Below the pieces are notes generated by a model that did no database searches, was not told the origin of the DNA, and saw only the letters and a program-made list of their open reading frames with translations. A stretch of DNA of 44,234 bases, taken from Kagunavirus NRG857CP3. Within the stretch, counting starts at the first letter, position 1, and each line of letters starts with the position of its first letter. This document shows positions 35,792 to 43,721 of the stretch, piece by piece. A program made the translations under genes and the position numbers. The DNA lies in sequence record OZ035734.1. One strand, given 5' to 3'.

Positions 35792-35958
35792 TTCACATTC
35801 TCCTTAACCCACGCTTCTACTTTATTTCGGTCAAACGTACCCGGCATACGGCGGCCCATTACTTTAACGCTGCAATCAGGAAACTTCCCGCTTTTAATCC
35901 AGTTATTTATTGTCTGGCGAGTAACTCCGATTAATTCTGCTACTTCATTTATAGTCAT
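35788..35958 (-). CDS. small HTH DNA-binding protein (AlpA/excisionase-like fold)
   Basis: MTINEVAELIGVTRQTINNWIKSGKFP; start set at ATG after AGGAGA RBS (ORF track 36048). Confidence 0.5.
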   Translation of the reverse strand: MTINEVAELIGVTRQTINNWIKSGKFPDCSVKVMGRRMPGTFDRNKVEAWVKENVK

Positions 35959-35987
35959 TTCACGATCTCCTGTGTAAGATGTAGTGA

Positions 35988-36016
35988 AGTATAAAGCGGT
36001 AACTTTGTAAAAGCAA
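35988..36016 (-). promoter_or_regulatory. sigma70 promoter TTGCTT-N17-TATACT (minus strand) for HTH/primase operon
   Basis: Read from reverse complement; divergent partner of promoter at 36064. Confidence 0.5.
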
Positions 36017-36063
36017 CCAAAACAACACACAAAGTAACTAATATACAAAAGATGCTACTGGTA

Positions 36064-36092
36064 TTGACTTTTACTTAAAAATATGCTAAGCT
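36064..36092 (+). promoter_or_regulatory. sigma70 promoter TTGACT-N17-TAAGCT with extended -10 TG (paralog of 5332)
   Basis: Near-identical to promoter at 5332..5360. Confidence 0.6.
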
Positions 36093-36335
36093 TCACTGAG
36101 CTTGTGAGATATCGCAAGCGACCGCGGAGCGGCAGGGAACGCAACGCGTGCCATTAGGCACTTGAGTGTAGTTCCGCTGGCGCTTTCGGAAAGGCCAAAG
36201 TCTATTGTTAATCCCGCCTAAATACCCAAGTCACTGATAATTAAAAGTTTCTATAGTTGCCGTAAGCAAGGTAGAGAGTACTTCACTCCGCTGGGGTGGG
36301 CTAACGCCCACCCACTGCGTTGCGTACTCTTTTAA
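36093..36335 (+). ncRNA. candidate structured leader RNA / small RNA, copy 2
   Basis: Core about 75 percent identical to copy 1 with conserved blocks CTGAGCTTGTGA, CAAGCGACCGCGG, TGAGTGTAGTT, TTCGGAA, GGCCA; followed by GC hairpin GGGGTGGGC-TAAC-GCCCACCC. Confidence 0.35.
36291..36335 (+). terminator. GC hairpin with distal U tract (weak terminator)
   Basis: Stem GGGGTGGGC/GCCCACCC; T run 16 nt downstream. Confidence 0.3.
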
Positions 36336-36371
36336 GAAACGAAGAATCACAACGGCAACGTAACTAATCTC

Positions 36372-36400
36372 TTGCACACCCCAACATAATAGTATACTAT
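36372..36400 (+). promoter_or_regulatory. sigma70-like promoter TTGCAC-N17-TACTAT with spacer palindrome AATAGTATACTATT
   Basis: Same architecture as minus-strand morons' promoters; leader AAACGAGACAGAGGAG. Confidence 0.55.
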
Positions 36401-36434
36401 TCACTTATCGAAACGAGACAGAGGAGTGAGGGTT

Positions 36435-36620
36435 ATGTTTAAGAAGGGTCAGTTGGTGAAAACTAAGCGCAACGGTGTCGGGGTAATTAGGCGAGTTTCA
36501 CAGAAGGTAAAAGGTCGATATCTTCTTAGTAACCCGGAATGGGCTTTTGATATGTATTTCCGGGAGCCCGAAATAGTAGAACTCATCGGCAACAATTTTA
36601 AATTCAAAGGGGCGAAGTGA
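36435..36620 (+). CDS. hypothetical protein
   Basis: Start at ATG after AGGAG RBS (ORF track GTG 36426). Confidence 0.4.
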   Translation: MFKKGQLVKTKRNGVGVIRRVSQKVKGRYLLSNPEWAFDMYFREPEIVELIGNNFKFKGAK

Positions 36621-36823
36621 TGGAAGAATTATTTGAAGAGCTAAAACACCATGAACTGGAAGAAGTGCATTTCATAGCTAACCATTACAGGGTTACTTTA
36701 TTAGGCGGTTCGACTATTTCTTCCGGGGTATGGGAAGACCTGCTAAAAGTTTTGCGTGTGCTTCGAACGGCATCGAATCATGATGCTCGTGCCGACGGCT
36801 CTGAGGGAGGTTGCCGTAAATGA
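36617..36823 (+). CDS. hypothetical protein
   Basis: Overlapping stop/start GTGATGG. Confidence 0.35.
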   Translation: MMEELFEELKHHELEEVHFIANHYRVTLLGGSTISSGVWEDLLKVLRVLRTASNHDARADGSEGGCRK

Positions 36824-37077
36824 ATAACACTGAACTGGAAACTGTTGCCGAAAAACTGCATAAGGTGCGGGTAATGGCTCGGGGCGCAGGGCTGGAGCAA
36901 TTTTACAACATGTGGCGCACAGCGACGCGCGACCCTGATTTCACGAGAACAGGGTGTCTCTTGTATAAAGACGTTTATCCGATTCGTGCTCGCAAGGATT
37001 ACGGTTGGGTTCGTGAAACGCCTAATCTTTTGTGGTGTTGGGCGCATGGTGAGTTCTGGGTAAGGGTTAAGGACTAA
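36820..37077 (+). CDS. hypothetical protein
   Basis: Overlapping stop/start ATGA. Confidence 0.4.
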   Translation: MNNTELETVAEKLHKVRVMARGAGLEQFYNMWRTATRDPDFTRTGCLLYKDVYPIRARKDYGWVRETPNLLWCWAHGEFWVRVKD

Positions 37078-37080
37078 GTT

Positions 37081-37224
37081 ATGAGAGAAGCATTTGAACG
37101 GTGGGCCGTCGTCGAGGGTCTGCCGGTTAACAAGGGTTCGAAGAAAGAGTACCTGAACGTTAAGACGCGTCTCGCGTGGCGGGCGTGGAAAGCTGGTGTG
37201 TTGTCTGTTACGAGTCCGAGGTGA
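37081..37224 (+). CDS. small hypothetical protein (47 aa)
   Basis: ATG after AAGGA; found by reading. Confidence 0.3.
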   Translation: MREAFERWAVVEGLPVNKGSKKEYLNVKTRLAWRAWKAGVLSVTSPR

Positions 37225-37227
37225 GAT

Positions 37228-37452
37228 ATGGGCAAGTGGGTTAAGTGTAGTGAGCGGATGCCTGATAGCAATTGCTTGTATCTTTGCTGGGGGACGTATT
37301 TTGAAGGGGGTGAGCCAGGTTACATTCCATCTTATTTCTTCGCCCATCAAACCAATGGATGTGTGGAGTGGCAGCCGGTAGAGGATGACTGCAATCCTCG
37401 CGAAGTAAGCATAACTCACTGGATGCCGTTACCGGAGCCGCCGGAACAATAG
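37228..37452 (+). CDS. DUF551-like protein
   Basis: N-terminal WVKCSERMPD motif characteristic of DUF551 (recalled). Confidence 0.45.
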   Translation: MGKWVKCSERMPDSNCLYLCWGTYFEGGEPGYIPSYFFAHQTNGCVEWQPVEDDCNPREVSITHWMPLPEPPEQ

Positions 37453-37465
37453 TTTGGGATTTTAC

Positions 37466-37500
37466 TGAGTGACTTACGCTGCTACACAGCAGCGTATCAT
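37466..37500 (+). terminator. intrinsic terminator (ACGCTGCT-ACAC-AGCAGCGT + TATCATTTTTCTCATTTTT)
   Basis: Perfect 8-bp stem and U-rich tail. Confidence 0.65.
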
Positions 37501-37566
37501 TTTTCTCATTTTTGTTCTATTTCACCAAACGCAACAATCGAAGCGACTATTGCAGGAGATGCAACA

Positions 37567-37851
37567 ATGACAGACAGAGAGAAGATAGAATTCTTACGCG
37601 GCTACATGACGGGCGTAGGCCATACCGACGGTACGCCATTCAGTGATGCAACACTAACCCTGAATAGCGGTCGTTCGTGTGATATGTATTACATGCGCGA
37701 AATTGAAGGGTTACTGGCGCACCTGAATATCGTCGGGGTTCTTGGAGCGCCGTCCCCGAGCGATGTGTTCGTGTACCGCTGGTTAAAGGCGAACAGAGTT
37801 ATTGACGCCTTCTCCGCGTTGCAGGAGATGCAACAATACAAACACCAATAA
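37567..37851 (+). CDS. hypothetical protein
   Basis: 94 aa ORF, RBS GGAG. Confidence 0.4.
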   Translation: MTDREKIEFLRGYMTGVGHTDGTPFSDATLTLNSGRSCDMYYMREIEGLLAHLNIVGVLGAPSPSDVFVYRWLKANRVIDAFSALQEMQQYKHQ

Positions 37852-37858
37852 AATTTAC

Positions 37859-37887
37859 TTGCACACTAAGATAGAATAGGCTACTAT
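37859..37887 (+). promoter_or_regulatory. sigma70-like promoter TTGCAC-N17-TACTAT with spacer repeat AATAG-GCTA-CTATT
   Basis: Leader ACAAACGAGAGGAGAGA precedes ATG. Confidence 0.55.
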
Positions 37888-37918
37888 TCATTTACACAAA
37901 CGAGAGGAGAGACCGAAG

Positions 37919-38644
37919 ATGAGTAACAAAAACGAAGTATTCGAGTATCTGATTGACCAGCTACGGCAGCAGGTAAATAAGAAAGATGTGACATCCTTCA
38001 ATGTATCTGTGCGGATATCAGACCTTGATGAGGTCAAGCAGGTAATCCACAACCTACAGCAGCATATCGCTGGTAAGGACGACGAAATACGTGTGCTGAA
38101 AGACAGACTACGGCAGCAGCTAGAGGTCGTAGATGTAGTGGGTGAAATCAAACGGTGGAGTATTGACCGTAGTATTGCTGGCCGCGGTAACTATACCGAC
38201 GAGGAAAACGCCGTAATCGATGCTTACATCGGCCTGGAGCACGACCCGTACAAGCAACAGTGCGAAGACCTGGCGCATGAGGTGCAGTCACTTAAGAATC
38301 AGTTACGTGATGCGTCGGCGCAGATTAAGGAGTTGCATAAAGGGCTTGAGTATATTGGGGGCGAGTACAGACGAGCACTTGATTACGATCTTAGCGATGA
38401 ACCTAAGCAATCTGGTTGCCGTAAGGGATACACCCAGAAATCATGCTGGATTGAGTGGTCAGGAGGAGCTTGCCCTGTGCCGCGCGGAACACTTGTAGAT
38501 GTTATTTACCGCGACGGGGAAACCTTATGTGGCTTGCCTGCTGATGAGCTTAACGACACGGAAAGAGATGCTAGCGTCTGCTTTTGGCGACACAATGGTA
38601 TGTCTAATGACATAGTTCGTTACCGTAAGGCCGTGCGCCAATGA
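37919..38644 (+). CDS. hypothetical protein, coiled-coil N-terminus, conserved Cys/Trp-rich C-terminal domain (possibly Ea22-like)
   Basis: C-terminal block WIEWSGGACPVPRGTLVDV; family assignment from memory only. Confidence 0.4.
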   Translation: MSNKNEVFEYLIDQLRQQVNKKDVTSFNVSVRISDLDEVKQVIHNLQQHIAGKDDEIRVLKDRLRQQLEVVDVVGEIKRWSIDRSIAGRGNYTDEENAVIDAYIGLEHDPYKQQCEDLAHEVQSLKNQLRDASAQIKELHKGLEYIGGEYRRALDYDLSDEPKQSGCRKGYTQKSCWIEWSGGACPVPRGTLVDVIYRDGETLCGLPADELNDTERDASVCFWRHNGMSNDIVRYRKAVRQ

Positions 38645-38841
38645 CCAGCATCTTATTTATATGGGTACTGACCGCAGGCCGGTTACAACTCGCGGCAACA
38701 GAAACGTTTTACTCACTGGAGGCGTGCCAGGCAGCGGCACGCAACGCAGAGAACGCGCACTTCCTGTTTCAGGATAAGCCGATTGATACCGAGGTGCGCG
38801 CAACATGTTCAACGAAACGATTAGGTAAGCAGGAGAAATAA
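38641..38841 (+). CDS. hypothetical protein
   Basis: Overlapping stop/start ATGA. Confidence 0.35.
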   Translation: MTSILFIWVLTAGRLQLAATETFYSLEACQAAARNAENAHFLFQDKPIDTEVRATCSTKRLGKQEK

Positions 38842-38842
38842 G

Positions 38843-39124
38843 ATGGTACAGAGATACGATTTACAAGAAGACTGGGTTACCGGACATATTGACTTAGAGA
38901 AAGATACCGACGGCGACTGGGTTAGCTACGAAGACTACGCGGAGCTTGCGCGTAAATTTAATGAGCTTAAGGCATGGCGTACGCGGATACTTAATGACGC
39001 CTCCGACTCTCTGACACGGGCGGAGAAAGCGGAAGCCGAGGTACAGAAATACAAAGACCAGTTCCCGGATTACGTCGAGTGCCCGAACTGTGGGTCGTTT
39101 ACATATGTGGAATGGGTGGAATGA
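38843..39124 (+). CDS. hypothetical protein with C-terminal CxxC
   Basis: RBS AGGAG; ECPNCG motif. Confidence 0.4.
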   Translation: MVQRYDLQEDWVTGHIDLEKDTDGDWVSYEDYAELARKFNELKAWRTRILNDASDSLTRAEKAEAEVQKYKDQFPDYVECPNCGSFTYVEWVE

Positions 39125-39372
39125 TGATGACGAGTAGAGAACGGTTTGAAAAGTGGTTTAATAAAAGAAGCAACTGGAAAATAACTCCATCAATGAGAAA
39201 GAAGGATGGATATATTGGCAACCCATCTGCGCAAAGCAAATGGGAGGTGTGGAAGGCGTCACGCGAAGAAATTGAGATTCAAGCGTGTCCGTGCCCAAAC
39301 GACCATGGCCCGTATGTTGATGACCATTATCGCGAGCAAATTGATAACGCAGGCCTAAAGTTGAAAAAATGA
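39121..39372 (+). CDS. hypothetical protein
   Basis: Start at ATGATGATG overlapping upstream stop (ORF track 39079). Confidence 0.35.
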   Translation: MMMTSRERFEKWFNKRSNWKITPSMRKKDGYIGNPSAQSKWEVWKASREEIEIQACPCPNDHGPYVDDHYREQIDNAGLKLKK

Positions 39373-39414
39373 TTATCCAACTGAACAACATCATGAAAGC
39401 AGGTATCATTCAGC

Positions 39415-39747
39415 TTGAAGATTACGGTATACAACTCGCGGAGATTGTGGGATATGAGCCTTGCAACTGACATCCTGAAACGAAGCGGCCTTGCGCCGCT
39501 GTCACCGAGAGCGAACACTCGGATATACAAGCGCCGCCGTAACGCGTTGTACCCAGAGATTCAGGCCAGACGCAAAGCGGTCCGCGCCTGTGGATTCCAG
39601 AACGGGAAGGCCGTGAATCTCGGTGAGTTTAAAACACAGGAACGCGCAGCAATCGCTAATCGGTTATTTAATTACTGGAAATCGCTGGGGTACGATGATA
39701 TTCCGACGAAACCGCAGAGACGACAATACATCTGGAGACACAAATAA
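39415..39747 (+). CDS. hypothetical basic protein
   Basis: 110 aa, R/K-rich. Confidence 0.35.
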   Translation: MKITVYNSRRLWDMSLATDILKRSGLAPLSPRANTRIYKRRRNALYPEIQARRKAVRACGFQNGKAVNLGEFKTQERAAIANRLFNYWKSLGYDDIPTKPQRRQYIWRHK

Positions 39748-39822
39748 ACAACTATTAGGATAATTCCTACCCGTGGTATCCTCCAGTTACTGCATACTTA
39801 ATACGCACCTGGAGGATTAATC

Positions 39823-40131
39823 TTGGATAAATTTACTGAAACAGTGACGGGGTGGCTTCTCGCCGCCGCACTGGTCGGTGGATTGGTCGGACTAAGACAA
39901 CATAAAAAGTCTATATCCGGGCCGATTGACGGACTGGTATTTCTTCTAACCGGCTTCGCGTGTGCCATTTTCGGTGCACCTCTTGCCGCTCAATGGTTCG
40001 GTATTACCGGTGAGCGCGAGATAGCTGGCCTCGGATTCATCATTGCCATTCTCTGGATGCCTATCTATTCCCGCCTTTCTGGCATCGTATCGGGTGGCGA
40101 TATTTCCCGCCCGGGAGGACCTCATGACTGA
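39823..40131 (+). CDS. holin (putative)
   Basis: Small protein with 2-3 predicted TM helices, immediately upstream of endolysin; RBS GGAGG; TTG start. Confidence 0.5.
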   Translation: MDKFTETVTGWLLAAALVGGLVGLRQHKKSISGPIDGLVFLLTGFACAIFGAPLAAQWFGITGEREIAGLGFIIAILWMPIYSRLSGIVSGGDISRPGGPHD

Positions 40132-40396
40132 GCTATTCTGGTTTGTCGTAATGCTGGCAATGGGCGCTTCGTCCCTGTTCAACGTGTATCACCCCAGCGT
40201 GGACGACGGGTTATTTGGTCGGGTGCTCTATATCCTGACCGCTATTGTCTGCGCCGCCGGATGCATCCACCTGTTACAGGGCAGTATGTCACCGACGCTG
40301 CCCGAGACATTAATCACATTAGTCGCGCTACGTCAGATTCGTCAGGCGTGGCTGTCGTACGGAGGACATAAGCGTGTCTCGAAATATTTCAGATAA
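40124..40396 (+). CDS. second small membrane protein (holin/antiholin-like)
   Basis: Two predicted TM helices; start at ATG after GGGAGGA (ORF track 40043). Confidence 0.4.
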   Translation: MTELFWFVVMLAMGASSLFNVYHPSVDDGLFGRVLYILTAIVCAAGCIHLLQGSMSPTLPETLITLVALRQIRQAWLSYGGHKRVSKYFR

Positions 40397-40862
40397 TGGA
40401 TTGCATTTCACCGCTGCATTTGAGGGATTCCGCGGAACTGCGTATCGCGCTACGCCAAACGAGAAGTACCTGACGATAGGCTATGGGCACTACGGGCAGG
40501 ACGTAACGCCTGGCAAGACCATCACACCAGGACAAGGCCTTCTGTTACTGAATCGCGATATGGCTAAGGCCGTAGCTGCGGTCGATGCCGCAGCGCACCA
40601 TTCGTTGACACAGGCGCAGTTCGACGCTGTGTGTGACCTGGTGTACAACGCGGGTGCTGGTGTGATTTCCGCCACTACAGGCACGGGTAAGGCGCTGCGT
40701 TCCGGTGATATTGCGACGCTGCGTGCCAAGCTGGCGCTGTTTGTCAACCAGAACGGCAAGCCGTTACTCGGCCTGCGTCGCCGTACCACCGGTCGCTTGG
40801 CGCTGTTCGACGGTAAACCGTGGCAAGAGGCGGAGGCTATCGGGCGCGCGGTGAAAGGTTGA
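40374..40862 (+). CDS. endolysin, lysozyme (glycoside hydrolase family 24-like)
   Basis: Motif FEGFRGTAYR...TIGYGH typical of T4/lambda-type lysozymes; GTG start after GGAGGA. Confidence 0.75.
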   Translation: MSRNISDNGLHFTAAFEGFRGTAYRATPNEKYLTIGYGHYGQDVTPGKTITPGQGLLLLNRDMAKAVAAVDAAAHHSLTQAQFDAVCDLVYNAGAGVISATTGTGKALRSGDIATLRAKLALFVNQNGKPLLGLRRRTTGRLALFDGKPWQEAEAIGRAVKG

Positions 40863-40928
40863 CACCTAAGATTAATCCGACGATACTTAAATCACCTCCT
40901 GTTCCATCCCTCTGCTCTCCAGTTTTAT

Positions 40929-40958
40929 CCCGGCCCTGACCCAGCCGGGATTTTTTTT
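40929..40958 (+). terminator. intrinsic terminator (CCCGGC-N9-GCCGGG + TTTTTTTT)
   Basis: GC stem and 8-T run after endolysin. Confidence 0.75.
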
Positions 40959-40980
40959 ATCTATTATTTGCAATGACTAG

Positions 40981-41009
40981 TTGACTATTACCTACAACCC
41001 TACTATATT
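40981..41009 (+). promoter_or_regulatory. sigma70 promoter TTGACT-N17-TATATT
   Basis: Leader CGACAACGAGAACGGAG precedes ATG at 41043. Confidence 0.55.
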
Positions 41010-41042
41010 TACTCCATCGACAACGAGAACGGAGTAGAGAAG

Positions 41043-41255
41043 ATGAAATTATATTTAGTAGAAGCCAGCTGGTGCGATTATGACCAATACGATTCTTTTG
41101 TGGTGTGGGCTAAGTCCCCGGAAGAAGCATTGAGCCTGGTTCGCGCTAAGGATGACCCAACAACTATGAATAACTTCAACGATAACGTAAAAGTTACCGA
41201 AATCAAGAAACCAAAAGAAAGCGGCATCGTACTAGGCTCATTTAACGCAGGATAA
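41043..41255 (+). CDS. hypothetical protein
   Basis: 70 aa, RBS GGAG. Confidence 0.4.
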   Translation: MKLYLVEASWCDYDQYDSFVVWAKSPEEALSLVRAKDDPTTMNNFNDNVKVTEIKKPKESGIVLGSFNAG

Positions 41256-41410
41256 TGAATATGAAAATCACAGATACAGAAGCATTCGAAGACGCACAAC
41301 TGATGGCACGTATCGCCGTTGGCAACCTGAGCAGCAATATCCCGGCGGACGCGTTCTGGGCCGCGGCGATGCAGGCACTGAAAGCAGCTTATGCAGGAGA
41401 GAAGAAATGA
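41255..41410 (+). CDS. small hypothetical protein (about 51 aa)
   Basis: Found by reading; start overlaps upstream stop; stop overlaps next start. Confidence 0.3.
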   Translation: MNMKITDTEAFEDAQLMARIAVGNLSSNIPADAFWAAAMQALKAAYAGEKK

Positions 41411-41610
41411 TTGTTAGCTATGAGATGCCGTCGGAGGGCCAATTTGTAGCGGTGTGGTTTATCGGGGATTTCCCCTATTCAGCAACTCTTAGATGGGAGC
41501 ACGGTCAACTTAAAGCCTATAACTACTCTGAGGACTGCTGGGATTGCGAATGCGCCCACGGGTATAGTGCTCAGGCACTGGAAGAATTAGAAGCAACATA
41601 TTACAGGTGA
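41407..41610 (+). CDS. hypothetical protein
   Basis: 67 aa, overlapping start. Confidence 0.4.
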   Translation: MIVSYEMPSEGQFVAVWFIGDFPYSATLRWEHGQLKAYNYSEDCWDCECAHGYSAQALEELEATYYR

Positions 41611-41616
41611 TAAGAA

Positions 41617-41775
41617 ATGAGTGAACAAGGCCCAGCAAACCAGCCATTACGGGTAGGCCGTAAAGTTAGTCACACCCCGTTCCCGACACGCGAGGAACTG
41701 ATGAAACGTAACAGTTTCCCGGGGCCGGACAAGAACAAGTATCTCAATCGCATGTGGGGAGAGCGTAAAGAATGA
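41617..41775 (+). CDS. small hypothetical protein (52 aa)
   Basis: Found by reading; translationally coupled chain. Confidence 0.3.
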   Translation: MSEQGPANQPLRVGRKVSHTPFPTREELMKRNSFPGPDKNKYLNRMWGERKE

Positions 41776-41945
41776 CCAATAACGAATACGAAAAAGTATG
41801 CGTCGAATCTGCTACCGGTGAATCTGAAATAGCGTGGATTGACGCGCACATCGAGCACTACCTACGGCAGGTAGACATCCTTATGGAACGCCGCCGTGAA
41901 CTGATTAACCGCTTCAACCTGAACAAAGGAAACACCAATGCCTAA
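41772..41945 (+). CDS. small hypothetical protein (57 aa)
   Basis: Found by reading; ATGA overlap with previous ORF. Confidence 0.3.
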   Translation: MTNNEYEKVCVESATGESEIAWIDAHIEHYLRQVDILMERRRELINRFNLNKGNTNA

Positions 41946-42123
41946 AATCACAATCGCATCACTCGAGCGCCGTATTATGGTGCTTGAGTCAGAGAAACAG
42001 ACGTTAGGTGGGCAACTGTCAATTAACGGTGAGTTTCAACTGGAGGCGTTTAAGATGTTGCTTGAGCGCATGAAGGACGAGGAAGATTGGGCGCATTCCT
42101 TGCAAGACCTCTGGCAATACTAA
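41938..42123 (+). CDS. hypothetical protein
   Basis: 61 aa. Confidence 0.35.
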   Translation: MPKITIASLERRIMVLESEKQTLGGQLSINGEFQLEAFKMLLERMKDEEDWAHSLQDLWQY

Positions 42124-42125
42124 AT

Positions 42126-42308
42126 ATGAAAGCTCCTGAGCCAGTAGTTATAGATGGCGTCCTGTGGAAACCTTACTCGGTTAACCACATCGACGCCGAC
42201 GGGAAGAAGTTCAGCTTCTACATTTTTGCAATCAGCCGTGAGCACGCCGCCTGTGTGGTCGACGATATACGAGAAACGGCGTGCCTCGGCGACGAGATAG
42301 TGGGGTGA
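42126..42308 (+). CDS. hypothetical protein
   Basis: Start at internal ATG right after previous stop (ORF track 42087). Confidence 0.35.
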   Translation: MKAPEPVVIDGVLWKPYSVNHIDADGKKFSFYIFAISREHAACVVDDIRETACLGDEIVG

Positions 42309-42312
42309 GAGT

Positions 42313-42543
42313 ATGTTTCATGAATTAAAGATATTACCTGAGCATTTTGAGCCTGTTCTGGCAGGCCTTAAACTGGCGGAACTGCGATTAAACGACCGCG
42401 ACTTCAAGGAAGACGACACTCTGTGCCTGAGAGAATACGAAAACGGTGAATACACTGGGCGCATAGTTTACCGTCGTGTTACCCATGTTGCTGATGTATC
42501 TTCGTACCTTCCTGGTTACGTGTTGCTGAGTATGGAAGATTAA
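42313..42543 (+). CDS. DUF3850-like (ASCH-fold) protein
   Basis: HELKILPEHFEPVLAGLK...NDRDFKEDD...YTGR pattern recalled as DUF3850/ASCH-like. Confidence 0.45.
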   Translation: MFHELKILPEHFEPVLAGLKLAELRLNDRDFKEDDTLCLREYENGEYTGRIVYRRVTHVADVSSYLPGYVLLSMED

Positions 42544-42545
42544 TT

Positions 42546-42716
42546 ATGTTCGACAATATTGATGTAGCAATCGAAGAAGCAATCTGGCGTCGCTACAACG
42601 GCGAACAACAAAGGCACTTCTGCCTCGTGCAGCGTGGTAACATGATTGCCGTAGTGCAGGACAGAGATAACAAATACCCAAATGCGATGTGGACGACGAG
42701 GAATTTCTTAGGATGA
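42546..42716 (+). CDS. small hypothetical protein (56 aa)
   Basis: Found by reading. Confidence 0.3.
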   Translation: MFDNIDVAIEEAIWRRYNGEQQRHFCLVQRGNMIAVVQDRDNKYPNAMWTTRNFLG

Positions 42717-42949
42717 TTACCAGCATTCCGAACCTGATTAAAGAATTTGGCACGATGGCGGAGACATGCCGACAAACCGGCATCAACGAAATGACGATTG
42801 CGAAGTACAGCAAAGACGTTAACTGCGAGCGCCACGTAATTTATAACAATCGTCTCATGACGCACGTTAAGACGAGCCCGGTGCTATTCACGCGCCGTGG
42901 TATCACTAAAACAGAGCAACGTATTGCTAAAGAGGAGAGCGGGGAGTGA
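42713..42949 (+). CDS. hypothetical protein (possible HTH)
   Basis: ATGA overlap with previous; segment ETCRQTGINEMTIAKYS HTH-like (ORF track 42689). Confidence 0.35.
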   Translation: MITSIPNLIKEFGTMAETCRQTGINEMTIAKYSKDVNCERHVIYNNRLMTHVKTSPVLFTRRGITKTEQRIAKEESGE

Positions 42950-43218
42950 TTGAATATGATAACTACCACATAAACCGGTGTGAGGCACTTGAATTTTTGT
43001 CCAGAAACTTCCGCGATTTCCCAGAACACATGCCTAATGTGCGCGAAGTTGCGGAGGGTATTTCCGAGAACATATTCAAAGGCTGGCGATTCGTCGTTAT
43101 TGATTCTGGTGAGTTGGTTTTCGCTGATTGCCTTTCACCGTGTATTCGTAAAATAGACCTTGAGGAATTTAATGCAACTTTTAGTCTTTCCGAATGCCTG
43201 GACTATAGCCGTAGCTAA
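42946..43218 (+). CDS. hypothetical protein
   Basis: 90 aa. Confidence 0.4.
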   Translation: MIEYDNYHINRCEALEFLSRNFRDFPEHMPNVREVAEGISENIFKGWRFVVIDSGELVFADCLSPCIRKIDLEEFNATFSLSECLDYSRS

Positions 43219-43288
43219 CGACCACTACGGTGGTGATGGTAAAAGAGCACCACGACACGGCCTATACAACTGATACGAGCAGAAGTTA

Positions 43289-43317
43289 TTGACGTCTGAA
43301 TAGTATGCTAGTATAGT
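43289..43317 (+). promoter_or_regulatory. sigma70 promoter TTGACG-N17-TATAGT
   Basis: Consensus-like boxes; leader AACAAACAGAGAGAGAAC. Confidence 0.6.
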
Positions 43318-43358
43318 TGAAACGCTTCATACACTAATTTAACAAACAGAGAGAGAAC

Positions 43359-43589
43359 ATGGATACTAAATTTGAAGTGATCGATGAAAACACAGTTACG
43401 GTAACGGAAGAAGGTAGCCACTACATCCTTATTGATAAGGTAAATGGTAGCTGGAGGGCAAAAGCGTACTTTAACGGCGGTGCTACAGTTGTCTCAAAAG
43501 GCGCACATACGTCTTTTACTTCCGCGTACGATAACCTTAAAGATGCGGTTAAGGCCGCGGCTAACCACCTATCATCTGTAGAACTATAA
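43359..43589 (+). CDS. hypothetical protein
   Basis: 76 aa followed by terminator. Confidence 0.45.
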   Translation: MDTKFEVIDENTVTVTEEGSHYILIDKVNGSWRAKAYFNGGATVVSKGAHTSFTSAYDNLKDAVKAAANHLSSVEL

Positions 43590-43604
43590 AATACCCAGCC
43601 AACA

Positions 43605-43628
43605 AGCCCTCTACGGAGGGCTTTTCTG
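43605..43628 (+). terminator. intrinsic terminator (AGCCCTC-TACG-GAGGGCT + TTTCTGT)
   Basis: 7-bp GC stem and U-rich tail. Confidence 0.6.
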
Positions 43629-43656
43629 TACATCCCGCCCAATCCCCTTATATAAT
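43627..43656 (+). promoter_or_regulatory. candidate late promoter with perfect -10 TATAAT and weak -35
   Basis: TATAAT at about 43651..43656; poor -35 suggests activator dependence. Confidence 0.35.
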
Positions 43657-43662
43657 CCCTTT

Positions 43663-43706
43663 AGACGCGTAGGGCGCGTCTGATGCGCTCTGATGGTCAG
43701 ACGCAT
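43663..43706 (+). repeat. two adjacent GC-rich hairpins with direct repeats TCTGATG in terS 5' leader (candidate packaging or regulatory site)
   Basis: AGACGCG-N5-CGCGTCT and ATGCG(C)TCTGA-TGG-TCAGACGCAT. Confidence 0.4.
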
Positions 43707-43721
43707 ATGTCAGGGGGTTAT

